A DNA stretch of 40,638 nucleotides from Myxococcaceae bacterium (GCA_019686135.1 JADGHL010000037.1:1-40638); one strand, 5' to 3'; positions 17,907 to 28,173 are shown, counted from the first letter of the stretch. Numbers and translations: made by a program. Notes: generated by a model not told the origin, from the letters alone.

Positions 17907-19273
17907 CGCCCTTCGACCCCAATGCCCTGCCCGCGTTCCTCCAGACCCGCCGCTGGTTCGGCGGCAAGGGGCTGCCGATCAAGGCGATCCAGGTGCTCGA
18001 ACAGGTGGTGATCAACGCCCGCGGCGACCGCGCGCGCGACGACGAGGAGGGCTTCACGCTGGCGGTGCTGGAGGTCCAGTACCCGCTCATCCACCCCGAG
18101 CGCTACCTCGCGCCGCTGAAGGTGGATCCGGACGGGACGATCCACGAGGCGATGGAGGACGACGCGCTCGGCCGCGCGCTGTTCCGGATCATCCGCGAGG
18201 AGAAACGGGTCCCCTCCGCCGGCGGGGTGATGCGCGGGGAGATCGTCGGCGATCCCTCCGTGCTGCGTGCGCTCCCGGTGGAGCCCGGGGTGCGGCGCAT
18301 CTCCGCGGAGCAGTCCAACACGTCGCTCATCTACGAGGACCGGGTCATCCTCAAGCTGATCCGGAAGATCGACATCGGCAACAACCCCGAGTGGGAGATG
18401 GGGCAGTTCCTTCGCCGCAACGGCTTTCGGTACACCCCGCCGCTTCTGGGCGGGATCGTGCTCGAGGGCGGCCCGGTGCACTCCACCGTCGCCGTGGCCC
18501 ACCAGTTCGTCCCGGTCGAGTCCGACGGCTGGTCGTGGGCGCTCGAGGAGATGCGCGGCGCGCACCTGTCGCCCGGGTTCCTCGCCGAGGTCAAAAAGCT
18601 CGGGGCGCGGCTGGGCGAACTGCACCGCATCCTCGCGTCCGATCCCACGGATCCGCTCTTCGCACCCGAACCGATCCAGACCGAGGATCTGCAGCGCTGG
18701 GCCGCGTCGATCGTCGGAGAGCTCGGCGTCACCATGGCCGCCGCCGCCTCCAGCGTGCCCGAGCTCAGCCGGCGTCACGAAGAGCTGATCGCCCACATCC
18801 AGAGGCTGGCCACGGTGAAGCCGTCCGGATCGAAGATCCGGATCCACGGCGATCTGCACCTCGGTCAGACGCTGCGCACCGCCGGCGAGTGGCTGATCTT
18901 CGACTTCGAGGGCGAGCCGGCGCGGACCTACGCCCAGCGCCGCGAGAAGCACTCGCCGCTGCGCGATCTCGCCGGGCTCCTCCGGTCGTTCGCCTACGCG
19001 TGCGCGAGCCTCGAGCTCAAGGGCGCGCCGTTGATCGACCGCGAGACGCCGATCCGCAAAGCGCTCCTTCAGGGCTATCTGTCCGAAGCCACCGCGCCCG
19101 GACTGCTCCCCGAAGACGACGAGACGTTCGACGTGCTGCTGGGGACGATGGAGCTGGAGAAGCTGCTCTATGAGCTGCGCTACGAAATCCACCACCGGCC
19201 CGAGTGGGTGAAGATCCCTGCGCGCACGCTGATGGAGCTCAACGCCCAGAAAGAGGGACCGCGCCCCGCATGA
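17903..19273 (+). CDS. mak: Maltokinase (maltose 1-phosphate-forming; Pep2/Mak family)
   Basis: The 456-aa product has aminoglycoside-phosphotransferase-like motifs ([18 protein letters not shown]) and Mak-type N-terminal domains. The start overlaps the treS stop (ATGA). The stop overlaps the glgB start (ATGA). Confidence 0.8.
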   Translation: MTPFDPNALPAFLQTRRWFGGKGLPIKAIQVLEQVVINARGDRARDDEEGFTLAVLEVQYPLIHPERYLAPLKVDPDGTIHEAMEDDALGRALFRIIREEKRVPSAGGVMRGEIVGDPSVLRALPVEPGVRRISAEQSNTSLIYEDRVILKLIRKIDIGNNPEWEMGQFLRRNGFRYTPPLLGGIVLEGGPVHSTVAVAHQFVPVESDGWSWALEEMRGAHLSPGFLAEVKKLGARLGELHRILASDPTDPLFAPEPIQTEDLQRWAASIVGELGVTMAAAASSVPELSRRHEELIAHIQRLATVKPSGSKIRIHGDLHLGQTLRTAGEWLIFDFEGEPARTYAQRREKHSPLRDLAGLLRSFAYACASLELKGAPLIDRETPIRKALLQGYLSEATAPGLLPEDDETFDVLLGTMELEKLLYELRYEIHHRPEWVKIPARTLMELNAQKEGPRPA

Positions 19274-21474
19274 CGAAGCTCTCCGATCCGGCAGAGGTCG
19301 AAAGGCAGATCGCCGCGCTCACCGAGCTCCGCCACCCCGATCCCCACGCGCTCCTCGGCATCCACCCCGAAGGCGACGGCGTCGTCATCCGCGCGTTCCG
19401 GCCCAACGCGGAGAAGGTGGTCGCGCTGCCGGATGGAGGTGGCCGCGTCGAGCTCCGACACCTGTCCCGTGGCGTGTTCGAGGGCCGCGTCACGAACACG
19501 GAGCTGTTCCGCTACCGGCTCGAGGTCACCTACCCCGGCAACCGGGTGTTCACCTTCCGCGATCCGTACAGCTTCCTCCCTACGCTGGGAGAGCTGGACC
19601 TCCACCTGATCGGCGAGGGCCGTCACGAGCGGCTCTGGGAGCGGCTGGGGGCGCATCCGCTCCACCACCACGGCGTTGCGGGCACGGCATTCGCCGTGTG
19701 GGCGCCTACCGCGGCGAGCGTCTCGGTGGTGGGCGACTTCAACGGCTGGGACGGACGGCTCCACCCGATGCGCCGGATGGGCGCCTCCGGAGTCTGGGAG
19801 CTGTTCATCCCGGAGGTGGGCGAAGGCACCCGCTACAAGTTCGAGATCCGCCCGCAGCACGGCGGCCCGTTCCTCCTCAAGGCGGATCCGCTGGCGTTCC
19901 GCACCGAGGTCCCGCCGCTCACTGCGTCGGTGGTTCACGACCTCGGGCACTACCCATGGGGCGATGCCTCCTGGCTCGCGCAGCGCGCGAAGCGGGCGAA
20001 GGACGTCTACCCGCATCCGTTCGCGATCTACGAATTGCACCTGGGCTCGTGGCGTCACGTGGTGGAGGACGCCGGGCGGCCGCTCACGTACCGGGAGATC
20101 GCCCCCGCGCTGGCGGACTATGTGAAGCAGCAGGGCTTCACCCACGTGGAGCTGCTCCCCATCGCCGAACACCCCTACGGCGGGAGCTGGGGCTATCAGG
20201 TCACCGGCTACTACGCGCCCACCGCGCGGTACGGCCACCCGGACGATCTGCGCTACCTCATCGACTACCTCCACCAGCACGAGATCGGGGTGATCGTGGA
20301 CTGGGTGCCCGGCCACTTCCCCAAAGACGCGCACGGGCTGGGGCGGTTCGACGGCACCGCGCTCTACGAGCACGCCGATCCGCGCCAGGGCACACAGCCG
20401 GACTGGGGCACCCTGGTCTTCAACTTCGGGCGCAACGAGGTGAAAAACTTCCTCGTCGCCAACGCGCTCTTCTGGATCGACCAGTACCACGTCGACGGGC
20501 TGCGCGTGGACGCGGTGGCCTCGATGCTCTACCTCGACTACTCGCGCCCGCCGGGCCAGTGGATCCCCAACCGCAGCGGCGGCCGCGAGAACCTCGAGGC
20601 GATCGCCTTTCTGCGCGAGATGAACGACGCGGTCCGCCGCCTCCACCCGGGCGTGGTCACCATCGCCGAGGAGTCGACGGCGTGGCCGAAGGTGTCACAG
20701 CCCATCTCCGAGGGCGGGCTGGGCTTCCACTTCAAGTGGAACATGGGCTGGATGCACGACACCCTGCTCTACTTCTCCAAAGATCCGATCCACCGGCGCT
20801 TCCACCACAACAACCTGACCTTCGGCCTGCTCTACGCGTTCAGCGAGCACTTCGTGCTGCCGCTGTCCCACGACGAGGTGGTGCACGGGAAGGGATCGCT
20901 CCTCGCGAAAATGCCGGGGGACGAGTGGCAGAAGTTCGCCAACCTGCGCGCGCTGTTCGGGTGGATGTGGTCCCACCCCGGCAAGAAGCTGCTCTTCATG
21001 GGCGGCGAGTTCGGCCAGGGCCGCGAGTGGTCGGAGGCGCGCTCATTGGACTGGCACCAGTTGGAGCACTGGGGTCACCGAGGGCTGCAGAAGCTCGTCG
21101 CGGACTTGAACCGCCTCTACGTGACCGAGCCGGCACTCTTCGAGCAGGACGACATGCCGCTCGGGTTCCAGTGGCTGCAGGCGGACGCGGCGGAGGTGAA
21201 CGTCTTCGCCTTCGTGCGGTGGCCGAAGAACGGCGAGCGCCACCTGGTGTGCGCCGCCAACCTCGCCCCGGTCCCGCGCGAGCGCTACCGGATCGGCTTT
21301 CCGAAGGCCGGCCCGTACGTGGAGGCGCTCAACACGGATGCGGAGGACTACGGCGGTAGCGGGATGGGCAACCTCGGACAGGTGGTCGCCACCGAGGTCC
21401 CCTGGGACGGGCAACCTGCGTCCGCCGAGGTGACCCTGCCGCCGCTCTCGGTGGTGTGGTTCACGCCGTCGTGA
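19270..21474 (+). CDS. glgB: 1,4-alpha-glucan branching enzyme (GH13_9)
   Basis: A CBM48 N-terminal region is present (FAVWAPTAASVSVVGDFNGWDG). GH13 regions are present (VDWVPGHFP, GLRVDAVASMLY, IAEEST, FVLPLSHDEVVHGK). The start is the internal ATG at 19270 (MTKLSDP). Confidence 0.85.
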   Translation: MTKLSDPAEVERQIAALTELRHPDPHALLGIHPEGDGVVIRAFRPNAEKVVALPDGGGRVELRHLSRGVFEGRVTNTELFRYRLEVTYPGNRVFTFRDPYSFLPTLGELDLHLIGEGRHERLWERLGAHPLHHHGVAGTAFAVWAPTAASVSVVGDFNGWDGRLHPMRRMGASGVWELFIPEVGEGTRYKFEIRPQHGGPFLLKADPLAFRTEVPPLTASVVHDLGHYPWGDASWLAQRAKRAKDVYPHPFAIYELHLGSWRHVVEDAGRPLTYREIAPALADYVKQQGFTHVELLPIAEHPYGGSWGYQVTGYYAPTARYGHPDDLRYLIDYLHQHEIGVIVDWVPGHFPKDAHGLGRFDGTALYEHADPRQGTQPDWGTLVFNFGRNEVKNFLVANALFWIDQYHVDGLRVDAVASMLYLDYSRPPGQWIPNRSGGRENLEAIAFLREMNDAVRRLHPGVVTIAEESTAWPKVSQPISEGGLGFHFKWNMGWMHDTLLYFSKDPIHRRFHHNNLTFGLLYAFSEHFVLPLSHDEVVHGKGSLLAKMPGDEWQKFANLRALFGWMWSHPGKKLLFMGGEFGQGREWSEARSLDWHQLEHWGHRGLQKLVADLNRLYVTEPALFEQDDMPLGFQWLQADAAEVNVFAFVRWPKNGERHLVCAANLAPVPRERYRIGFPKAGPYVEALNTDAEDYGGSGMGNLGQVVATEVPWDGQPASAEVTLPPLSVVWFTPS

Positions 21475-21477
21475 CGG

Positions 21478-22359
21478 CTACGGGCCGGGCTCCTTCCGGT
21501 CCGGACGATGGTTGCGGTGCTCGTCCCGCTTCGGGTACAACTTCTTCAACGCGGACCTGAGCTGCGGGATGGGCGGCAGGTTGCCGATGCCCGCCGCCGC
21601 CGCGCCACCGATGCCGCGCGCGAGATCCGAACGGGCGGCCGCTTCCACCAGGGAGCGCGCAACCTCCGGGTGGCGGGTCACCGCAGCGGTGGCCGCGTCG
21701 GCGAGCTCGCCTTCGTCCATCCGCGCGATGGTGCGGTCGAGGATCACGTCCGCAATCGACCGATCCACGATCGCCAGATCCGTCAGCGCGTCCACCATCA
21801 GCGCCAGCGCCTCCTTGTCCGAGGCGATCATCTGCATCACGGCCTTCCGATCGGCGAGCATCGCCGCAAGGAACTGCGCCCGCGCGTCGGGGTGATCCTT
21901 CACGTGGGCGATCATCTCCTCCGTGAGGTGCTTCACCGCGACGGGCCGCGAGGCGATCGCCGCCACGCCGATCTTCGCGCGCGCGTCGATCGCCCGGGAG
22001 ATCGCGTGCTGGGCCGGAGGCACGTTGACGGCCGCCTCCTGGGTACGGATGAGGATCTGCTCCAGCGACCGCGGGAATTGCACCAGGTGCCCGGCGGTCA
22101 TGCGGGCGATCGCTGGATCCTCGAGATCGCGGCTCATGTTCAGGATGAAGCGGTCCAGGGTGCGGGGATGGCGGACGGTCATCTGCACCAGCTGGTCGAC
22201 GTACTCGGGGTGCTCATCGAGCACGCGCAAGGTGGCCTCGAAGGCCTTTTCCCGCGCGGAGTCGCTCTCCACCACCCGGCCGATCAGCTTCGACTGCGTG
22301 TGCACCGAAAGACAGCCGGTGAGCCCCAGCGCCGCGAGAATCGCGATCCATCTCCACAT
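21478..22359 (-). CDS. Hypothetical alpha-helical lipoprotein
   Basis: The lipoprotein signal is MWRWIAILAALGLTGC. The mature part is Ala/Leu/Asp-rich and helical. Its stop lies 3 nt from the glgB stop, in convergent orientation. Confidence 0.5.
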   Translation of the reverse strand: MWRWIAILAALGLTGCLSVHTQSKLIGRVVESDSAREKAFEATLRVLDEHPEYVDQLVQMTVRHPRTLDRFILNMSRDLEDPAIARMTAGHLVQFPRSLEQILIRTQEAAVNVPPAQHAISRAIDARAKIGVAAIASRPVAVKHLTEEMIAHVKDHPDARAQFLAAMLADRKAVMQMIASDKEALALMVDALTDLAIVDRSIADVILDRTIARMDEGELADAATAAVTRHPEVARSLVEAAARSDLARGIGGAAAAGIGNLPPIPQLRSALKKLYPKRDEHRNHRPDRKEPGP

Positions 22360-22737
22360 GGCCCGGGCAGGTAGGGCCGCCACCGCGTCCGCGCACCCGG
22401 CCCGGGTGCCCGGGGAGGACCGCTCCGTCGGACTGAGGACGGAGGGACCGCCGTCGGAGTGCACACCGCGACGTTGCTCACCGCTCACGTGTCGGTCGTG
22501 GGCACCCGCGCAGCGCGCAAACTGCCTTGCGGCCGGAGATCCACGGACGCGGACAACCCTCGACAGAGGCGGAGTGCGGCGAAGGCCTCATCCGTAGCGG
22601 GTCGCCACGCCGCGCGGACGACGGCGTCCTCTCCCGCAACGTTCGACGCAACGCCCCCGAGTTGGAGCCCGTCACCGATCCGTCGCGACGGCCGCAGCGG
22701 GCCGCGTGCGGTCCGATCGCCGTTCCCGCCAGGCGCC

Positions 22738-23262
22738 TTACTTCGCCTGCTCGCGCAATGAGGCCACCCAGGCCTCCGGGAGCCCGGCGCTTTGGGCGCC
22801 GCGCTCCAGCGCCTCGACGAAGCGATCGCTCACCGGGCCTTCGCTGCTGGCGCGCCGCGGGTTCGTCGTGAACGCCACCGCGTCCACCTCGCTGCCGTCC
22901 TGGAGGCGCACGCGCACCGGCCGTTCGACGCACATCCCCGTCACCGCGCCCTCCTTGTGCTGGACGATCGGCCAGTCCTTCGCGGCGATCTCGAACACGC
23001 GCCCGAACACGCGCGCCCCTTTCCGGTCCGTCAATCCCGCCACGCGCCCGCCCCACCAGCGCGAGGGGAAGTCGTACACGAGCCCAACATCCAGCGCCTC
23101 GCCGATCCGCCCCACCGGGAGCTCGAAGAAGTCGTAGCCGTGCTGCGCGCGCCACTCGAGGAACGCCTCGCGGTCGAGGATGGTGGAGTAGGCAAAGTAG
23201 AGCCGCGCACCGCCGGAAGCGGCCTCGCGGGCCTTCATCACCTGATCGTAGTGGGAGTCCAT
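22738..23262 (-). CDS. Gamma-glutamylcyclotransferase / AIG2-like family protein
   Basis: A GGCT-like YFAYGS-type motif is present (LYFAYSTILDREAF), with the characteristic spacing of the later Glu (VYDFPSRWWGG...FEIAAKDW). A GAGG sits 6 nt upstream of ATG 23262. The track ORF start overlaps tRNA-Pro and is rejected. Confidence 0.5.
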   Translation of the reverse strand: MDSHYDQVMKAREAASGGARLYFAYSTILDREAFLEWRAQHGYDFFELPVGRIGEALDVGLVYDFPSRWWGGRVAGLTDRKGARVFGRVFEIAAKDWPIVQHKEGAVTGMCVERPVRVRLQDGSEVDAVAFTTNPRRASSEGPVSDRFVEALERGAQSAGLPEAWVASLREQAK

Positions 23263-23325
23263 GGCTGCCTCTTTTATGGCAACGCCCGCGGCGCGCACGC
23301 GGAGATGTTCGGGCGTGGACGCGCC

Positions 23326-23371
23326 AAAGGAAAAGCCGTGAGACCCTCGGGTGTCCCCTGAGATCTCACGG
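23326..23371 (-). terminator. Intrinsic terminator downstream of tRNA-Pro
   Basis: On the minus strand, a CCGTGAGA...TCTCACGG stem (8 bp, internally structured loop) is followed by CTTTTCCTTT. Confidence 0.35.
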
Positions 23372-23379
23372 CCCTTCGA

Positions 23380-23456
<77 letters not shown>

Positions 23457-23560
23457 TTACGGATTCAGCTGATGCGGGTACTGCGGAAGGCGGCGGCGTT
23501 ATGCCCGCCGCTGTTCCGAGAATCAAGGACGACTTCCAGCTCCGCGCGCGGACGGGACGG

Positions 23561-23929
23561 CTACTCCCCGTCGGACTCGATCTCGTCGCCCTCTTCGTCG
23601 AAGTCCGGCGTGTTGGCGGCCTCCGCGCCGGGCGTCTTCCCGTCGCCCCAGTCTGCGGCGTTGAGCGCAGCCTTGAGGACCTGGCTGGGCCGGAACGTCA
23701 GCACCCGCCGCGCGGAGATCTCGATCTCCTTGCCGGTCTGGGGGTTGCGCCCCACCCGAGCCTTCTTGAAGCGAACCTGGAAGTTCCCGAAGCCGGAGAT
23801 CTTGATCTTGTCCCCGCGCTCGAGCGTCTCCTTCACGGTGTCGAACACCAGCTCGACGATCTCCGCCGACTCCTTCTTGGAGAAGCCGACCTTCTCGTAG
23901 ACGCCTTCGATGATGTCCGCCTTGGTCAT
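23561..23929 (-). CDS. ihfA: Integration host factor alpha subunit (HU/IHF family) with an acidic C-terminal extension
   Basis: The first ~95 aa are a canonical IHF-alpha (GFGNFQVRFKKARVGRNPQTGKEIEISARRVLTFRPSQVLK). The gene follows pheT as in the conserved pheST-ihfA arrangement. An extra ~27-aa Asp/Glu-rich tail is present. Confidence 0.85.
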   Translation of the reverse strand: MTKADIIEGVYEKVGFSKKESAEIVELVFDTVKETLERGDKIKISGFGNFQVRFKKARVGRNPQTGKEIEISARRVLTFRPSQVLKAALNAADWGDGKTPGAEAANTPDFDEEGDEIESDGE

Positions 23930-24004
23930 CCGGTTCCTCTGTGGTCCTGATCTCCCTGCCGCTTTTGGCAGGGTTCGCGCACAGGTGTCAACCTGCCGCG
24001 ACCA

Positions 24005-26449
24005 TTAGGCATTTTCTCCACGGAGGGCGGCGCCCAGGCGCTCGTTCACCTGCTCGACGATGCGCTTGTGCGCCTCGTTCACCTCGGCATCGGTGAGGGT
24101 GCGGTCCTCCGCCCGGTAGCTCAACGCGAACGCCAGGTTCTTCTTGCCCTCCGGGATGGGCTGGCCGGTGTACACGTCGAAGACGCGCGCGTCCTCCACC
24201 AACTTCCCGCCCGCCTGGAGGATCACCTCGCGCACCTCGGCCGCGCTCCGGGCGGCGTCGACCACCACCGCGAGATCGCGCAGCACCGCAGGGAAGCGGG
24301 TCAGCGCCACCGCCTTCGGGCGCAGCACCGCCGCCTTCTCCAGGCGCGCCACCTCCAGATCGAACAGGAACGTCCCTGACGGCAGATCGAGCGCCTTGGC
24401 CGCCGCCGGGTGGAGCTCCCCCAGCGTCCCCAGCGTCACCCCGTTGGCGAGGTACACCCGGGCGCTCGCGCGCGGGTGGTACGGCGCCATCTCCACCGGC
24501 GCGAACTTCGCGTCCTCGATCCCCAGCGCGCCGAGCACGACCTCCACCGCCCCCTTCGCGTCGTAGAAGTCGATCCGCGCATCCGGCGACGTCCAGTGCC
24601 GGCCTGCCCTGAGGCCCGAGAGCACGCCCGCGACGTGCAGCACCTCGCGCGCCACCGGCCGGTGCTCGTCTCCGCCGTCCTCGTTCTGCTCGTAGGTGCG
24701 GCCCCACTCGTACAGCCGGACGCTCTGGGCTTGATGCCGCACGTTGTGCGAGAGCGCCTGCAAGAGCCCCGCGTACATCGTCGTGCGCATCACCGACTGC
24801 TCGGCGGAAAGCGGGTTCTTGAGTGCGATCGCCTCGATGGGCTTGCCCAGAAGGGGCAGGTCGCGGAGCGTCAGCCAGCTCAGCTCCTTCGGCGAGACGA
24901 ACGAGTAGCTGACCACCTCCATGAACCCCGCGCCCGCGAGCGCAGTGCGGATCCGCTCCTCCACCCCGGTACTGGAGGGCTCCATCTCCAGCCGGGCGGG
25001 GGCGCGCGGCATCACGCTGGGGATCCGGTCGTACCCGCGGATCCGCGCGACCTCTTCGATCAGATCCTCCTCGCGGTCCACGTCCACGCGCCAACCGGGC
25101 ACCTCGAAGGTGGCCCGGGCCGCGTCCTCGGCCACCGCCTCGAACCCGAGCGCCCCGAGGATCCGCTTCGTTTCCTCCGCGGGCACGTCCACCCCGAGCA
25201 GCCCGCCCACGCGCGCATACGGCAGCGTCACGCGCCTGCGCGGCTGCGGCTTCGGGTACACGTCGATGGCGCCCCGGAGCACCTGCCCCCCGGAGAGCTC
25301 GGCGATGAGCGCCGCCGCGCGGTCCAGCGCCTTCGGCACCGCCTCGATGTCCGCCCCGCGCTCGAAGCGGTGCGAGGCCTCGGTGTGCAGCCCGTGCCGC
25401 CGGGCCGACCGCCGCACCGAGGACGGCTGGAACCACGCGCTCTCCAGGAGCACCCGCGTGGTCTTCTCCGTCACCTCGGAGTCGGCCCCGCCCATCACGC
25501 CGGCGATCGCCTGGGGACGGTCACGGTCGGCGATCACCAGGTCGTCCGGATCCAGCGCGCGCTCTTTGCCATCGAGCGTCGTGAGCTTCTCGCCCTTCTT
25601 CGCCAGCCGGACGACGATCTCGGGCCCCGCCAGCTCGTCGAGATCGAACGCGTGCAGCGGGTGCCCGTACTCGAGCAGCACGTAGTTGGTGACGTCGACC
25701 AGGTTGTTGATCGCCCGGATCCCGCAGGCCTTGAGGCGGTCCTGCATCCACTGCGGAGACGGCCCCACGCGGACGTTCTCGATGATCCGCGCCGCGTACC
25801 GGGGCGCGCGGTCCAGCGCATCGATGCGGACCTTCGCCCGATCGCTCGCCGCGCCACCGCCCTCCTTCAGATCCGCCGCGGGGTACCGGAGCGGCACGCC
25901 GAAGATGGCCGCCACCTCGCGGGCAATGCCCAGGTGCGAGAGCGCGTCGGACCGGTTGGGGGTGACGTTGACCTCGAACACCGTGTCGTCCAGCCCGAGC
26001 GCCTGGACGATCGGCAGGCCCACCGGCAGCGCGGGGTCGAGGATCATCAGGCCCGAGTGCTCGTCGTCGAGGCCCAGCTCGCGAGACGAACAGAGCATCC
26101 CGAAGCTCTCCACGCCGCGCAGCGTCGCCTTCTTGATCTTCACGCCCCCGGGCAGCGTGGTGCCCACCGTGGCGAGCGGCACCTTGTCGCCCACCTTGTA
26201 GTTCTTCGCGCCGCACACGACCTGCAGCACGCCGTAGGCGCCCGCGTCGACCCGGGTCACCGAGAGCTTGTCCGCGTTGGGGTGCGGGCGGGACTCGGTG
26301 ATGAGCGCCACCACCACGCCCTCCAGCCCCTCCCCGGCGCGGATCTGACCTTCGATCTCCAGGCCCGCCATGGTGAGCCGGTGCGCCAGCTCCGGCGGCG
26401 GCACCGCCGCGTCCGCGTAATCCGCCAGCCACTTCAGTGAGAGCTTCAT
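24005..26449 (-). CDS. pheT: Phenylalanine--tRNA ligase beta subunit
   Basis: The 814-aa product begins MKLSLKWLADYAD, the canonical PheT N-terminus, and has tRNA-binding, B3/4, B5 and FDX-ACB domains in order. The start shares one nucleotide with the pheS stop (TGATG). The 996-aa track ORF includes upstream antisense read-through. Confidence 0.9.
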   Translation of the reverse strand: MKLSLKWLADYADAAVPPPELAHRLTMAGLEIEGQIRAGEGLEGVVVALITESRPHPNADKLSVTRVDAGAYGVLQVVCGAKNYKVGDKVPLATVGTTLPGGVKIKKATLRGVESFGMLCSSRELGLDDEHSGLMILDPALPVGLPIVQALGLDDTVFEVNVTPNRSDALSHLGIAREVAAIFGVPLRYPAADLKEGGGAASDRAKVRIDALDRAPRYAARIIENVRVGPSPQWMQDRLKACGIRAINNLVDVTNYVLLEYGHPLHAFDLDELAGPEIVVRLAKKGEKLTTLDGKERALDPDDLVIADRDRPQAIAGVMGGADSEVTEKTTRVLLESAWFQPSSVRRSARRHGLHTEASHRFERGADIEAVPKALDRAAALIAELSGGQVLRGAIDVYPKPQPRRRVTLPYARVGGLLGVDVPAEETKRILGALGFEAVAEDAARATFEVPGWRVDVDREEDLIEEVARIRGYDRIPSVMPRAPARLEMEPSSTGVEERIRTALAGAGFMEVVSYSFVSPKELSWLTLRDLPLLGKPIEAIALKNPLSAEQSVMRTTMYAGLLQALSHNVRHQAQSVRLYEWGRTYEQNEDGGDEHRPVAREVLHVAGVLSGLRAGRHWTSPDARIDFYDAKGAVEVVLGALGIEDAKFAPVEMAPYHPRASARVYLANGVTLGTLGELHPAAAKALDLPSGTFLFDLEVARLEKAAVLRPKAVALTRFPAVLRDLAVVVDAARSAAEVREVILQAGGKLVEDARVFDVYTGQPIPEGKKNLAFALSYRAEDRTLTDAEVNEAHKRIVEQVNERLGAALRGENA

Positions 26450-27486
26450 CAGAACTGCCTCAGGAAACGGATGTCGTTCTCGAACAGCGTGCGCAGATCG
26501 TCGATGCCGTACCGCAGCATCGCCATCCGCTCGACGCCCATGCCGAACGCGTAGCCGCTGTACTTCGACGGGTCGTAACCGGCGGACCTGAACACGTTGG
26601 GGTGGACCATCCCCGACCCCAGGACCTCCAGCCACCCGGTCTGCTTGCACACGCGGCAGCCCTTGCCGGCGCAGATGACGCAGGAGACGTCCACCTCCGC
26701 GGAGGGCTCGGTGAACGGGAAGAACGAGGGGCGGAAGCGCGTCCGGGTGTCGGCACCGAAGAACGCGCGGACGAAGGCATCCAGGGTCCCCTTCAGCTCG
26801 GCGAAGGTGACGCCCTCGTCGACGAGCAACCCCTCCACCTGGTGGAACATCGGCGAGTGGGTGAGGTCGCTGTCGCGCCGGTAGACGCGGCCGGGCGCCA
26901 CCACGCGCACGGGCGGCTCTGTCTGGAGCATCGCGCGGATCTGCACGGGGGATGTGTGCGTGCGCAGAAGAACCGGCTGCGTCGACCGCACCCACGGGGC
27001 GTCCACGAAGAAGGTGTCCTGCATGTCCCGCGCGGGGTGGTCATGCGGGAAGTTGAGCGCCTCGAAGTTGTGCCAGTCCTGTTCAATCTCCGGGCCCTGG
27101 GCGATCTCGAACCCCAGCCGCCGGAAGATCTGCACGATGTCGTCCATCGTCCGGGTCACCGGATGGCGGTGCCCCGGCGGGATCTGCCGGCCCGGGAGGG
27201 TGACGTCGACCTTCTGGCCCTTGAGCTCCGCCTCCAGCTTCTTCGCCTCGGCGCGCTGCACCGCTTCGGCGAGCAGGCCCTCCAATTCGGCCTTGATCCG
27301 GTTGGCCACCTCCCCCACGCGGCGGCGCTCGTCCGGCGCCAGCTTCCCCATCCCGCCCAGAACGGCGCTCAGCTCGCCCTTCTTGCCGAGGTACTTGATC
27401 CGCAGCTCTTCGACGCGGCCCGGATCGTCCGCCCCGCCGATCTCCCGGCGCGCCGTCTCGGCGATCGCGTTCAGTCGGTCCTGCAT
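26449..27486 (-). CDS. pheS: Phenylalanine--tRNA ligase alpha subunit
   Basis: The 345-aa product has class II aaRS motifs (FRPSFFPFTEPSAEVDV, GMGVERMAMLRYGIDDLR) and an N-terminal coiled coil. Confidence 0.9.
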   Translation of the reverse strand: MQDRLNAIAETARREIGGADDPGRVEELRIKYLGKKGELSAVLGGMGKLAPDERRRVGEVANRIKAELEGLLAEAVQRAEAKKLEAELKGQKVDVTLPGRQIPPGHRHPVTRTMDDIVQIFRRLGFEIAQGPEIEQDWHNFEALNFPHDHPARDMQDTFFVDAPWVRSTQPVLLRTHTSPVQIRAMLQTEPPVRVVAPGRVYRRDSDLTHSPMFHQVEGLLVDEGVTFAELKGTLDAFVRAFFGADTRTRFRPSFFPFTEPSAEVDVSCVICAGKGCRVCKQTGWLEVLGSGMVHPNVFRSAGYDPSKYSGYAFGMGVERMAMLRYGIDDLRTLFENDIRFLRQF

Positions 27487-27509
27487 GGACGTGTGGCTCC
27501 TTCAAAGAC

Positions 27510-27541
27510 GAAAAAACGGGCTGCCCGCGAAGGCAGCCCGT
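27510..27541 (-). terminator. Rho-independent terminator after rplT (also positioned as a pheS leader hairpin)
   Basis: A perfect 10-bp stem ACGGGCTGCC/GGCAGCCCGT with a 6-nt loop is present. On the minus strand it is followed by TTTTTT. It sits between the rplT stop (27577) and the pheS start (27486). Confidence 0.55.
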
Positions 27542-27576
27542 CTCGAAAAGATCAGCGCTCCAACGCGCTTTCTGGC

Positions 27577-27924
27577 TCAGGCCGCCCTGGCGATGTTCGC
27601 CACGGCGGCAAAGCCCGCGGGATCGGCCACGGCGAGATCGGCGAGGATCTTGCGGTCGATGGCGACCTTCGCCTTCGCCAGCCCGGCGATCAGCCGCGAG
27701 TACGACAGCCCCACTGCGCGCGCCGCCGCGTTGATGCGGACGATCCACAGAGCGCGGAAGTTCCGCTTCTTCGCCGCGCGGTCACGGCTCGCATAGTCGA
27801 GCGCGCGCTCGACGGCCTGGTTCGCCCGCTTGTAGCAGTTCTTGCGGCGGCCCCGATAGCCCTTGGCGAGCTTGAGGATCCGATTCCGCCTGCGACGAGC
27901 CTTGACACCCTTCTTGACGCGCAT
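27577..27924 (-). CDS. rplT: 50S ribosomal protein L20
   Basis: The product begins [42 protein letters not shown], highly conserved L20 sequence. Confidence 0.9.
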   Translation of the reverse strand: MRVKKGVKARRRRNRILKLAKGYRGRRKNCYKRANQAVERALDYASRDRAAKKRNFRALWIVRINAAARAVGLSYSRLIAGLAKAKVAIDRKILADLAVADPAGFAAVANIARAA

Positions 27925-27963
27925 CTGCTGCTCCTGAAACGAAAACCTGTTCGGACGGAAGGA

Positions 27964-28173
27964 CTAGTTCGCCCCGTAGGGGAACAACTCCTTGATGACC
28001 TTCTTCGCGTCCATCTCACGCAAATGGCCGGTGCCACGCGTGCGGCGCGAGTGCTCGGCGTTTTTGGAAAACGTGAAGAGGTGCTTCGCGTAGGCCCGCG
28101 CGAACTTCACCTGGCCGCTCTTCTTCACGTGGAAGCGCTTCTTCGCGCCGCTCTTCGTCTTCAACTTCGGCAT
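27964..28173 (-). CDS. rpmI: 50S ribosomal protein L35
   Basis: The product begins MPKLKTKSGAKKRFHVKKSGQVKFARAYAKHLFT. The track start is 11 codons upstream of the conserved MPKLKT. Confidence 0.85.
   Translation of the reverse strand: MPKLKTKSGAKKRFHVKKSGQVKFARAYAKHLFTFSKNAEHSRRTRGTGHLREMDAKKVIKELFPYGAN

Noticed and set aside
23488-23512. GC-rich imperfect hairpin downstream of ihfA
   Set aside because: The stem needs a bulge and has no U-tract on the transcribed strand. It is not a convincing intrinsic terminator.
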